Assembly (NCBI RefSeq): GCF_024300625.1
Contig: NZ_CP101322.1
Coordinates: forward strand, 43,992 to 75,991
DNA from: Halovivax gelatinilyticus
GTDB lineage: Archaea; Halobacteriota; Halobacteria; Halobacteriales; Natrialbaceae
Length of the DNA stretch: 32,000 bases
Reading direction: 5' to 3'
The notes under the pieces were generated by a model, which saw only the letters and a program-made list of their open reading frames with translations, was not told where the DNA came from and made no database searches. Made by a program: the position numbers and the translations under genes. This document shows positions 1 through 9,013 of the stretch, piece by piece; the stretch's first letter is position 1, and each line of letters starts with the position of its first letter.

Positions 1-2727
1 ACGTCGCTTCTCGAGGTTGGTATCGATATTCCTGCCATCAAGGTCATCAGCCAATACCGAGCGCCCTGGGAGATGTCCCAGTTCGTTCAGCGCATCGGAC
101 GCGCATCCCGTAAGGAAGGGAACGATGCTCACTTCTTAATCACACTCGGTGACGAAGCCGCTGACAGAAGTCTCTTCCACCGTGCAGGGAGCTTCCTAGA
201 TCCGGAGATTACTACACCACTCAATACTGACAATGAGATTCTGACCTGGATTCACAGTCAGCTCTACAAGGCTTTTCAAACTGTCTATCGGATTAGGAGT
301 GCAGTGACCACCGGTGGGTCGACTCAGCAACAAGAAAAATTCCTCGAGTACTTTCTCCGTCGGTCGGATGAAGAGTCGTTCCAAGCTTTCGGCCAGTTTA
401 TCGAGGAGCCCGGTACAGAACTCACTAGTCTTCTCGAACAGCGGCTCCCGATATCAGGGTCGTTGAACGACCTCGAGACGATCGATGCTGTCTACAGCAC
501 AGTGCTACAGGCGGTCCAAGACGATGCACTCCTGACCGATATCGCGACCCTCCTTGACGAACCGGTCACACGGTTCACACTCCAGACGGGAAGGCTCGAT
601 GATCTAGACGACCAGATGGAGATAGGTATCCGGATGACCATCCAGGAAGTTAGGAACACAATTAACCAAGCTGAACCGCAAAATACTGCCGCCAGGGGCG
701 CTGTCGATGCAATTTCAAATCAACTATCTGAGGCCGAAACTATTCTAGATGACGGGGGTCAAGACAGACGAGACCGATACGATGACTTAGATGAGCTCTT
801 CAACAATGTCCGAAACCAACTAAGCTCGGTGGCATCTGATTTTACGGGCGTTCACGAGTCATTCCCCTATCATCTACGTCTTGAAGACGCAAACAGCGCA
901 ATCCAGGAGGCTCGCGGAATTCGACGTGATGAACAACTCCAGGATAAACGCCAGAGATGGCGGCGCGCGTACTACGTCAAACGGGCACTACAGGAGTACT
1001 ATTGCTTCGTGAATCAGCGTTTCAGTGATAATCAGGTGTATGGGCACCTGATGGTGCGAGCGTTTAAAGCTCTCTTACGAGCAGTGTACTTCTACGACCG
1101 GGCAGTGAACCTCGAATCAACACGTGGAGAACTTGAACCCCCTCACTTTGTGCCGACATCGTATTTCGGTGAAGCCGGCGAGACGTTCTCGGTAGTGCCT
1201 GAAGATCAGGCAGGGGCCCCTGGTGAGGAAGATTCTATAGATGCACTGTATGTCATTCGATTTGAACAAAATGACGACGACGAAGAACAGTTGGATGCGT
1301 CGCTAACCAAACTCTTCTTCGAGTACGCGCCGTATATGTCGAAGTACCTTTCTGACCAGTCACTCCAAATGTTCAATCCGCAGGTAGAGGAAGCCCCAGT
1401 CGACGCCGACGCCGACTACTACTTCGACATCTCCGGATTGAGCACGGAGCCAGGAGAAGACTTGGTCACGCCGAATACCCTGCCCGTGAAACAAGTCGAG
1501 GATCAGTCCGGCGACCAGGCACGCGCGATTGTTTGGTACTGCAATGAATCCCTCTACGTTGGCCGCAATCGGTGGGACCACGGACCACACGGAGAGGATA
1601 CCATGGACTACGGTCAGCTCCACTCAGAGCCGCATATCGGCACGGCGTTCGAACCCGAAGAGAGACCCACTGACCAAATCAGTGTATCGTATATCGATGC
1701 TGACGTGAGTCTCGACGCAGTAACACTGACAATCACGCCGGCAACGCTCGTAGGCGACCCTTCTGCAGAGAGTCCTCCCTTCCGCACCGAACGAGACGCG
1801 CAGCGCGAATTACTGCTGGAGTTCGAGCAACCGCTTGGTTTTTCGCTTCACTCCCGAGGCGTCATCTGGGATATCGGGGATTTCGTTGACGAACTCCTCG
1901 AGGATGAGGAATTCGTAGAAAATTTTGAAAGCCACAATCCAGGGGCCGACATCGAAGATACCATCCATTTTACGGCTGCTCACTTCCTCGTAGAGGTCGT
2001 TGCGGACGTCAGTGGGGTCAACCAGGCACAGATGCTCTACGCCGTCTCTCCAGATGCGAATCAAGTGGCAGTGTTCGAGCATGCTGAAGGGGGACAAGGT
2101 ATCGTTGATCTCTTTGACGACGTACGTAATCGTCTCGAGCACGAGAAGATGCTGCGAACTATTAACCGGGTCGCGTCGAATCCGCAGTTGATCAACGGCT
2201 CGCTCTGGGCCGACAATGAGTTTGTCGTCGCCGTTCGTGCCGGGGACTGGGCGACCGTCGAAGAATTCGTCCGTCAGCGAGTGGTCGTACCGACCGAGTC
2301 CGTGGTCAATGACGTGATGCAAATGGTCCAGAATACGGTCGACCAACTGGACGAATTCGCTGATGTCACTGATACAACGCTGGAGGAAGCCTACGAAATT
2401 CGCCACGCTGCGGCCCGATATCAGTTCGAGGTTGGGATCCACGACCCAGTCGAGGACCTCGAAGACGAAACACCAGACAGCGTTCAAGCGGAGAACCTCC
2501 GGAATCTCATCGTCGAACCCGACGTAGACGACTGTGTTGAAAACTTACATCTCGCATATAGCATCGTCATGGACCAGGGGAATGTCCTCAGCTATCTCGT
2601 CCTCGAGCGGCTTCACGAGCACGTCGTAACAAAGACCGACAGCGACGACTGGGGGGACGAAGTACTGGACCGCGAGGCAATTCCTGGAGTGAATATTGAT
2701 GGTACAAACGTTTTCCATACGCTCTGA
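1..2727 (+). CDS. SF2 (DEAD/DEAH-type) helicase, C-terminal part only (5' end lies upstream of the window), with a DUF1998/MZB-like C-terminal domain
   Basis: Frame +1 is open from nt 1, with no stop before the ATG at 73. It reads TSLLEVGIDIPAIKVISQYRAPWEMSQFVQRIGRASR, which is helicase motifs V-VI (QRIGRAsR at 88-111). HFTAAHFLVEV...VAVFEHAEGGQGIVDLF (1966-2115) matches my memory of the DUF1998 signature (H-T/S-x-x-H ... D/E-x-x-x-GG-x-G). The protein is long and very acidic. Confidence 0.75.
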   Translation, partial: TSLLEVGIDIPAIKVISQYRAPWEMSQFVQRIGRASRKEGNDAHFLITLGDEAADRSLFHRAGSFLDPEITTPLNTDNEILTWIHSQLYKAFQTVYRIRSAVTTGGSTQQQEKFLEYFLRRSDEESFQAFGQFIEEPGTELTSLLEQRLPISGSLNDLETIDAVYSTVLQAVQDDALLTDIATLLDEPVTRFTLQTGRLDDLDDQMEIGIRMTIQEVRNTINQAEPQNTAARGAVDAISNQLSEAETILDDGGQDRRDRYDDLDELFNNVRNQLSSVASDFTGVHESFPYHLRLEDANSAIQEARGIRRDEQLQDKRQRWRRAYYVKRALQEYYCFVNQRFSDNQVYGHLMVRAFKALLRAVYFYDRAVNLESTRGELEPPHFVPTSYFGEAGETFSVVPEDQAGAPGEEDSIDALYVIRFEQNDDDEEQLDASLTKLFFEYAPYMSKYLSDQSLQMFNPQVEEAPVDADADYYFDISGLSTEPGEDLVTPNTLPVKQVEDQSGDQARAIVWYCNESLYVGRNRWDHGPHGEDTMDYGQLHSEPHIGTAFEPEERPTDQISVSYIDADVSLDAVTLTITPATLVGDPSAESPPFRTERDAQRELLLEFEQPLGFSLHSRGVIWDIGDFVDELLEDEEFVENFESHNPGADIEDTIHFTAAHFLVEVVADVSGVNQAQMLYAVSPDANQVAVFEHAEGGQGIVDLFDDVRNRLEHEKMLRTINRVASNPQLINGSLWADNEFVVAVRAGDWATVEEFVRQRVVVPTESVVNDVMQMVQNTVDQLDEFADVTDTTLEEAYEIRHAAARYQFEVGIHDPVEDLEDETPDSVQAENLRNLIVEPDVDDCVENLHLAYSIVMDQGNVLSYLVLERLHEHVVTKTDSDDWGDEVLDREAIPGVNIDGTNVFHTL

Positions 2728-3163
2728 CCAAATCGCCCGATATCTCGGATCGGCGTTTCTCAACGCGACCCGGATAGTCATCGTCTCACCCTGGGTGAGC
2801 GATATCAAGGTCAAGGTCCCAGAGACGGACCAAATTGACGACCGAGAGTTACTGCTCTCTCAAGCGGTGAACCAGTTCGACGTTAACGTGACATTCGTCG
2901 TTGACCCTGCTAATAATGCCCACAACCGGTTACGGGCACAAGCCCTCCTCCCTAAAGTTAGTAGCCATGCGACGATCGAGACTGTAGATAACCTTCATGC
3001 GAAAGCTATTGTCACGGACCAAATTCTCTATCAGGGTTCAGCCAACGTGACCTACCACGGTCTGAATGTCAACGTCGAATTATGTGATCTTCGAGAAAAC
3101 GAATACGAGGACGCAAACGACTTCTTGCGGGAACGAATCGGGCTCGAACTTGGCGAGTCCTAA
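2696..3163 (+). CDS. Phospholipase-D-family (single HKD) nuclease, Nuc/DrmC-like
   Basis: NLHAKAIVTDQILYQGSANVTYHG is a complete H-x-K-x4-D-x6-G-S-x-N motif at 2996-3046. There is one HKD copy in about 155 aa, as in dimeric PLD nucleases. The ORF overlaps the upstream helicase ORF by 32 nt, so the true start may be slightly downstream. Confidence 0.85.
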   Translation: MMVQTFSIRSDQIARYLGSAFLNATRIVIVSPWVSDIKVKVPETDQIDDRELLLSQAVNQFDVNVTFVVDPANNAHNRLRAQALLPKVSSHATIETVDNLHAKAIVTDQILYQGSANVTYHGLNVNVELCDLRENEYEDANDFLRERIGLELGES

Positions 3164-3507
3164 GCTTCCCGTTTAGAAGTGCTTGAACAAAAGAACACTG
3201 TTAAGAACCCATTTCATTAAAATGAATGATTTCTACTAATGTATCGAATTCATTGGAAAGTATTTGAGACGGGATGTTGAAACCATTTCTGGTCTAAGCA
3301 CATAGGAGGTTACGGTATGATTGACTATCAATTCAGATTATAAAAGCAAGCAATTTTATTCAGAATATTAATTTTAACCCTATATAAGAATGTGTAACTC
3401 AATTGGAATGAGGATCTGATTCTCACAAAGAATGGGAGGCGTTGCCGTTGTGCCTGGCGTGTCCCTGCGGATTGGATGGAGTAGCCAACGGAGTAACCAG
3501 CCTCAGG

Positions 3508-4479
3508 TTAGCGCGGGATATCTGAGTCGGGGCCGACACCGCCAGCATTGACCGCGATCTCGCAAGCGAACTCAAGCGATTTAACAAGATTCTCTACATC
3601 TTCTTCGCTGGAGATAACGCTTCGATTTCCATGCATCACCTTGTTACGGTACTTCTCAACAGTGTCAAAGGCAATTTTGCATCGAGTCTTAGAAGGAAAG
3701 CCCAATTTTTCCATGAGATCCTCGTTATCCCGAACAATTTCCTTCAGGTCAGCAATGGCCATGAATTCGACGGGATGCAAATCTACATTCTCATTGACAG
3801 CGTTTTGCCACCGATCTAAAGCTCTTCCTCTGGACCGCACATCTTGGTATACCATTTGAATTTCATCGAGGCCATACTTCTCTTTGATAAGTTCCGATAC
3901 TGTTTTCGCAGTCTCAGCATAGTAGCTAAACAAGTACTCTTTCGCAGCCCTTGTATTAATGTCAGCATGAGTCACAACCATCCAAGAATCCGGATCAGGG
4001 TGCCTAACTACCGCGAATGGATACTCGGTTAGAATATTTATACAATATAGCATTATGTCATTATAGTTGACGTACTGTTCTTCATCAATTGAGTATACCT
4101 CGCCGGTTTCCACCTCGTAGAATTCACGTGATTTGTATGGTCTAATGGGGGCGTAGTCGTATCCCTTATCCTCAATATCTTTGACAATGTCCGCCATGAT
4201 CTCATTTTGGTCAAGCTCGTTCTGGGCCACGAAGTAGATGGGAGAACCTAAGTCTGATGCGCTACCTTCACTCGGGTATCTAGTGTACTCCTCAACTTCC
4301 TCCTCACTCCAGTACATATGAAAATGCCCGACCGCAACTGACAAAACGTTATTCACATTCCATTTGCCAACTTCTTGAAGTTTATAATACTGTAGATTGT
4401 CGAAATAGATCTGTGCTAAATTATAAATATGTCCACATATCTTATTCCATATAACGTCACCGGGCGCTAACCTTGCCAC
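3508..4479 (-). CDS. HEPN-domain protein (C-terminal R-x4-H); N-terminal domain unknown
   Basis: 323-aa ORF in an AT-rich block. The C-terminus KYRNKVMHGNRS contains R-N-K-V-M-H (3631-3648, checked by back-translation), which is the HEPN R-x4-6-H signature, followed by a helical tail. The first codon is GTG, so the start is uncertain. Confidence 0.6.
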   Translation of the reverse strand: MARLAPGDVIWNKICGHIYNLAQIYFDNLQYYKLQEVGKWNVNNVLSVAVGHFHMYWSEEEVEEYTRYPSEGSASDLGSPIYFVAQNELDQNEIMADIVKDIEDKGYDYAPIRPYKSREFYEVETGEVYSIDEEQYVNYNDIMLYCINILTEYPFAVVRHPDPDSWMVVTHADINTRAAKEYLFSYYAETAKTVSELIKEKYGLDEIQMVYQDVRSRGRALDRWQNAVNENVDLHPVEFMAIADLKEIVRDNEDLMEKLGFPSKTRCKIAFDTVEKYRNKVMHGNRSVISSEEDVENLVKSLEFACEIAVNAGGVGPDSDIPR

Positions 4480-4733
4480 CTTCTGGTTTGGATGGTGGCA
4501 TCCTAAAACGCTCGATAAAGAGATTCAAGTAGTAACCGGCTGACTTTCAAATACCACGTGATAAAATTACTGTCGTACTATACCTATCCTCTGGATCATG
4601 CACACTAGCTATGTCAGACTCATATCGTTACAATGGCCCTCTGTTTAAAACGGTAGTGTTATTAGATCAATAGCCAAAATATTATTTTCAGTGGAGCAAT
4701 CGGGTTCTGAGTTCCTCCCATAGGATTATCATA

Positions 4734-5204
4734 TCAGCTTGTACGGTAGAGAGCCAACTTAATTGCGGCAGGTCTCTTAGTTACATTGTTGGGATTTACC
4801 CGCATCAGTCCTTGCGGATAGTAGTCCTTCGTATATCCGAAGATGGTATTGACCTTCTGCCGAGAAACAGAAATTTCCTCGAAATCAGTTAGGGTGTATA
4901 TCAAGTTTGATTCTCCGCCGCGCCAATACGTGGTGCTAGCCCAACAGTTGCCGTCCCTGAACTTGGAATTAACCCACGCCGTACCAATGTATGCCCCATT
5001 TTGGTAGAATAGCACAAGATCTCCGCTCTCCATTTTCTCAAAGTTTGCTTCGTTCCTGCTACCGGTTCTTGCACCCCAGAACCGGACTTCATCCTCCCCA
5101 TCCAGTGGTTCTGGGACGTCGCTAACCGCATTCAGGTTGACTACTTCCTGCACAGTATTATCGAAGTTTGGGGAGTCGCAGGGCGCCAAGTACACGTTTT
5201 TCAT
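4734..5204 (-). CDS. Hypothetical protein, tentatively PUA/EVE-like fold
   Basis: 156-aa ORF with an ATG start in the AT-rich block. VRFWGARTGSRNEANFEKMESGDLVLFYQNGAYIGTAWV resembles the W-G ... GD-hydrophobic-FY ... G pattern I associate with EVE/PUA-like domains. This rests on memory only and is a weak call. Confidence 0.45.
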   Translation of the reverse strand: MKNVYLAPCDSPNFDNTVQEVVNLNAVSDVPEPLDGEDEVRFWGARTGSRNEANFEKMESGDLVLFYQNGAYIGTAWVNSKFRDGNCWASTTYWRGGESNLIYTLTDFEEISVSRQKVNTIFGYTKDYYPQGLMRVNPNNVTKRPAAIKLALYRTS

Positions 5205-5323
5205 GGACTCTACACATAATCATCATTCAATATAAATAATACCAGTGTATCAGGGATCTGTTGTGTTCTGGATTTGTTGTTAGAATCAGTCCTTTCTGGG
5301 ATTATTAGGTTCCGAGGCTCACG

Positions 5324-8300
5324 TCATTCACCGTGCTCACACGGCCCCCCACGGGAGAAAGCATACGGACAAGACCCACACCGAGTCTCAGTGGGTCTCG
5401 CTGACAGTCCCTCCGGCGGTTTCACGGCAACCGACCGGAGGTCATACCGGAGCTCCTCCTCGTAATCGTCGACATCGCCTTCTCGTTCGACAGTTACTGG
5501 CGTGATATCGACTGCCCTGCTATCCTCGTCGACGTCGACGTACAGCAGGGTCAGGTCGCCCACTTCGACATCGTACGTCCGTTCCAGCAACCACGCGTAG
5601 GTCCGAAGCTGCCGTGCATACTTTCCACCGGCGTAGGAGTCGGCGTCGTGGACATCGGTGGTCTTGTAGTCGGCGAGGTGCCAGACGCCGTCCGCTTCGT
5701 ACAAGAGGTCGATCTCGCCGGTGACGGTCACGGTGGTGTCATCAATTTCGAGTGTCGTCGAGACGGTGTATTCGGGGTACACCTCATCGGCGGAAAGTGC
5801 CGCACGATACCGGTCGGAATCTCGCTCCATCGCCTCCACGATCCAGAGCGCGTACTCTCTAATTTCTGGGTCGAGTGTATTCGCGTATCTCGCTAACTGG
5901 TCGCGGCCCAGCAATCGATACTCAAGGACCTTGTGGACCGTGGTCCCCCACTTGTTCGGTGCCACTCCGCCGGGTGTTGACGCCTCTTCGACGGGCTCAC
6001 CGTCTCGATCGAGAGCCGGCCCTCCACCGTAAACCGACGCCACTTCCTGGACGTGCCGGTACTGATACCGGCGCGGACACTCGACGAGGTCGTGAATGCG
6101 CGACGGCGAGATCCGGTTCGGTCGATACGGGATTATTTCCGTTCGGTTCGTGGGGTCGGCGTCGAGGTGCCGATCGACGTCATCCACTGTGATGGGGTTA
6201 TGACTCGTCGGCGACGCCCGCGGCACGTCGTCCACGCCGATTGGAACCGCGCCGTCTCGCGTGTCGAATTCCACGATATCATCTAGCTCCCCCCAACTGG
6301 CGTCGGGAAGGAGCGTCTCGTTGATTGTCGTTGCCCAGGTCGTCCACCGGGTGAAGTTCTCGACCCAATCGGGTACGTCGGCTACGCCGATGAACAGGTG
6401 GTCCTCGGCGCGTGTAAACGCGACGTAGAGAACCCGCCAGAATTCCGCACGGCTCGGAGCCAGAAACTCGTTCAGCGGGTTGGCGTAGGTGAATTCCCCG
6501 GTGTCTTCGTCGACGTCGTTCGAGATCCAGATCGGTCCCGTCAAATCCGGGTATCGACCAGCGTCACGGTCCTCGTTCATCCACGTATCGAGGTTGTCCT
6601 CCGGGGATTCGAAGCTGACAGCGTTCGGCAGTGGACGGTCACTCGCGACGGGCCGTAGCGCCAGCCCGCGGTCACGGTCACTGACGAGTCGATCTGCTTG
6701 GAGTGGCGGCGAGTCCCAGGACCGCAACGCGTCGACGAGAAAGACGATCGGGTACTCCAGTCCCTTGGCCGCGTGAATGGTCGTGAGGGTAACGGTCTCT
6801 TCGTCTTCCGGATCCGTGACTTCAGCGACCGTGTGGTCGGGTTCACCGGTTTCCTCCGCTCGGTTTCGGAGTCGGGTTAGTCGCTCGACGAATTCGCGGT
6901 AGGGCAGCAGCTCCTCTTCTTCCCAGCCGTCGATGATCTGGGTGAGCGCCCAGACGTTGCCGTACCGCCGGATTCCATCCTCGCCGGTGAGCACCACCGC
7001 GTCGAACGCGGAGTGACGGATGATTCGGTTTAACAGGTCGGTCTTCGACCCCTCACGGTCCCATCGCAGGTCGTCGCGGAGTTCGACCAACGCTTTCAGT
7101 CGTTTGCGATCCGCTTCCGGTAGATCGGTAGGCCACGCACCGTCTTCCAGGAACTTGCCGAGATAGAAGCCCTCGCCGGCGATTGCTCGGATCGTGCGAT
7201 CGGAGCAGGCGACGAACGGAGATCGGAGAATTCGCATCAGCGACGCCTTGTCGTGAGGATTTGTGAACCAGTAGAGGACGTCGATGAGAAGCGTCACTTC
7301 CGGCTGCTCGAACAAATCGTCCGTCGCTTTCGGTGCCGCGTCGATACCGTAGGCCGAAAGCGCATCCACGTACCGATGCATGTGTGTCCGCGCCTGGAAG
7401 AGCAGCGTCACGTCCCCCGGCTTCGGCGTTCTTTCTTCGATTCCTTCGTCTTCGTCAATGCCTTCGAAGACGGACACATCGGTTTCACCAGCGACCATCG
7501 CCGCGATTCTGGCCGCCACTTCTTGCGCCTCGACCGGCGTCCAATCCTCACCTCGACTCGGGAAATCATCGCCGAGTCCGAAATCGAGAAGCAACATGTG
7601 GACGTGCGGGAAATCGTCGTCCCAAGACTTTCTCGGACCCTTCGGGCTAACATCGTTGTACGTCACGTTCACGTCGCCGAAATCGCCACGCCCAGCGTCT
7701 TCGAACAGTTCCCCGAAGAGCCCGTTAGCCGCAGTGATCAGATCCGGATGGCTACGGAAGTTGGAAGTCAGCGGCCTGTAGACCACGTCTTCGACCTCGA
7801 GATACGGAATTCGTCCGCCTTCTTCTCCCGCTTCACGCGCCCGGCCCACGATCTCTCCGAAGATACTCGGATCCGCCGACCGCCACTGATAGATCGACTG
7901 TTTCACGTCGCCGATGGCCAGCAATCGCGTCCGGCCACCGACATCCGTTACCAGTTCGCGGAGGACTCGACACTGAGCGGCACTGGTGTCCTGGAACTCG
8001 TCGACGAACACGAAATCGAACCGACGTCGTAGGCTCTCGACAAACGGGTGATCCGGGTTGTCCTCGACGAACGTTCTGAGCAGGTGGGTTGCGTCCTGAT
8101 ACGTCAGGTGGCCGCGCTCGTGAGTCAACTCGTCGTACAGTTGTTCATACGCGTCGAGGATGGTCGCGAAGTCCTCCACGAGCTGGTGTGACCGCTCGTA
8201 GGTGTCCGCCACGTGATCGACGAACGCTTCGCGGGCTCGTTCGGTGGCGTCATCATCGTCGGCAGTGACGGAGAGGTCGGCTCCATCGAAAACGACCGTC

Positions 8301-9013
8301 TCCATCAACGACCGGACGTCTTCGGACGATTGGGGAGGAGTCCGGTTCGCGTGAGCAGCGTCGAGGTTAGCGAGGAGGGACTTTCTCGCATCCTCTGGAG
8401 TGATGCAGAACTCGCGGCACTTCTGCTGGGCCGTCCGAATCATTTCGCGAACCGTTGCCGGCGGATACGGCCGCCAGGACTCGTCCGGATACGCGTTCTC
8501 TAACCGCCCGAATTCCGCCCGGTGGGTGGTACGGAGGTCGGCGAAGATTTCGTCCCGGATTTCTTCGAGATCGGCGCTCGATTCCAGCTCGAAGTTCGGG
8601 GGCAAATCCATCTCCGTCGCAGCTTCGCCGAGCAATTCGTTGAAAAGCGAATCGATCGTCCGAATCTGGCTGTCGGTCTCCAACCATCGGAACACGTCGG
8701 CCGGAAGCTCGCCGTCGGCGTCCACGTGATTCCGAAGTACCTCCCTGAGGTCTTCTCTGAGTTCACTCGCGGCATCTCGTGTGAACGTCGTGAGGAGAAT
8801 GGACGAGAACGGGTTCGTACCGTCGGCTGCCGTTTCGACGATGACCTCCGCGACCGTCGTTAACATCGTCGTCGTTTTTCCCGTTCCCGCGGCGGCGTCG
8901 ACGGCGACCCGACCGGTGCCCTCGTGGAACGCCTCGATGACCGCGGCTTGATCCTCTACCGGAGTGTCGTCATCCGGTCCGAACTGAAGCGACATCTCTT
9001 CGACGTAGCTCAC
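5324..9013 (-). CDS. UvrD/PcrA-family SF1A helicase fused to a C-terminal Cas4/RecB-type Fe-S PD-(D/E)xK nuclease (AddA-like subunit)
   Basis: Helicase motifs: DAAAGTGKTTTM (motif I), TFTRDAASELRE (Ia), FVDEFQDTS (II), GDVKQSIYQWRSADP (III), TSNFRSHP (IV), TIHAAKGLEYPIVFL (V), LYVAFTRAEDHL (VI). C-terminal nuclease: ECPRRYQY, IDLLYEADGVWHLADYKT, QLRTYAWLL (QxxxY), CGSCPYAFSRGGPC. The track start is GTG at 9013, forming a GTGA overlap with the upstream stop. An alternative ATG lies at 8995. Confidence 0.9.
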   Translation of the reverse strand: MSYVEEMSLQFGPDDDTPVEDQAAVIEAFHEGTGRVAVDAAAGTGKTTTMLTTVAEVIVETAADGTNPFSSILLTTFTRDAASELREDLREVLRNHVDADGELPADVFRWLETDSQIRTIDSLFNELLGEAATEMDLPPNFELESSADLEEIRDEIFADLRTTHRAEFGRLENAYPDESWRPYPPATVREMIRTAQQKCREFCITPEDARKSLLANLDAAHANRTPPQSSEDVRSLMETVVFDGADLSVTADDDDATERAREAFVDHVADTYERSHQLVEDFATILDAYEQLYDELTHERGHLTYQDATHLLRTFVEDNPDHPFVESLRRRFDFVFVDEFQDTSAAQCRVLRELVTDVGGRTRLLAIGDVKQSIYQWRSADPSIFGEIVGRAREAGEEGGRIPYLEVEDVVYRPLTSNFRSHPDLITAANGLFGELFEDAGRGDFGDVNVTYNDVSPKGPRKSWDDDFPHVHMLLLDFGLGDDFPSRGEDWTPVEAQEVAARIAAMVAGETDVSVFEGIDEDEGIEERTPKPGDVTLLFQARTHMHRYVDALSAYGIDAAPKATDDLFEQPEVTLLIDVLYWFTNPHDKASLMRILRSPFVACSDRTIRAIAGEGFYLGKFLEDGAWPTDLPEADRKRLKALVELRDDLRWDREGSKTDLLNRIIRHSAFDAVVLTGEDGIRRYGNVWALTQIIDGWEEEELLPYREFVERLTRLRNRAEETGEPDHTVAEVTDPEDEETVTLTTIHAAKGLEYPIVFLVDALRSWDSPPLQADRLVSDRDRGLALRPVASDRPLPNAVSFESPEDNLDTWMNEDRDAGRYPDLTGPIWISNDVDEDTGEFTYANPLNEFLAPSRAEFWRVLYVAFTRAEDHLFIGVADVPDWVENFTRWTTWATTINETLLPDASWGELDDIVEFDTRDGAVPIGVDDVPRASPTSHNPITVDDVDRHLDADPTNRTEIIPYRPNRISPSRIHDLVECPRRYQYRHVQEVASVYGGGPALDRDGEPVEEASTPGGVAPNKWGTTVHKVLEYRLLGRDQLARYANTLDPEIREYALWIVEAMERDSDRYRAALSADEVYPEYTVSTTLEIDDTTVTVTGEIDLLYEADGVWHLADYKTTDVHDADSYAGGKYARQLRTYAWLLERTYDVEVGDLTLLYVDVDEDSRAVDITPVTVEREGDVDDYEEELRYDLRSVAVKPPEGLSARPTETRCGSCPYAFSRGGPCEHGE

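Noticed and set aside
1810-2487. 225-aa minus-strand ORF antisense to the helicase/DUF1998 region
   Set aside because: It lies opposite the motif-bearing frame. It has no recognisable domain. The sense frame is continuous for 2.7 kb.
3421-3507. Short GC-rich patch at the edge of the AT-rich spacer, considered as a tRNA fragment or attachment site
   Set aside because: I could not fold it into a cloverleaf and found no T-arm (GGTTCGAATCC-like) or acceptor pairing. No matching direct repeat was found elsewhere by eye.
5648-8863. Many plus-strand ORFs of 60-260 aa (e.g. 7253..8032, 7380..7781, 8522..8863) plus same-strand out-of-frame ORFs inside the AddA-like gene
   Set aside because: They are fully embedded in a 1229-aa ORF that carries a complete helicase and nuclease motif set. 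Their translations are Arg/Ser/Pro-rich and low in complexity, as expected for off-frame reading of GC-rich DNA. They have no motifs.
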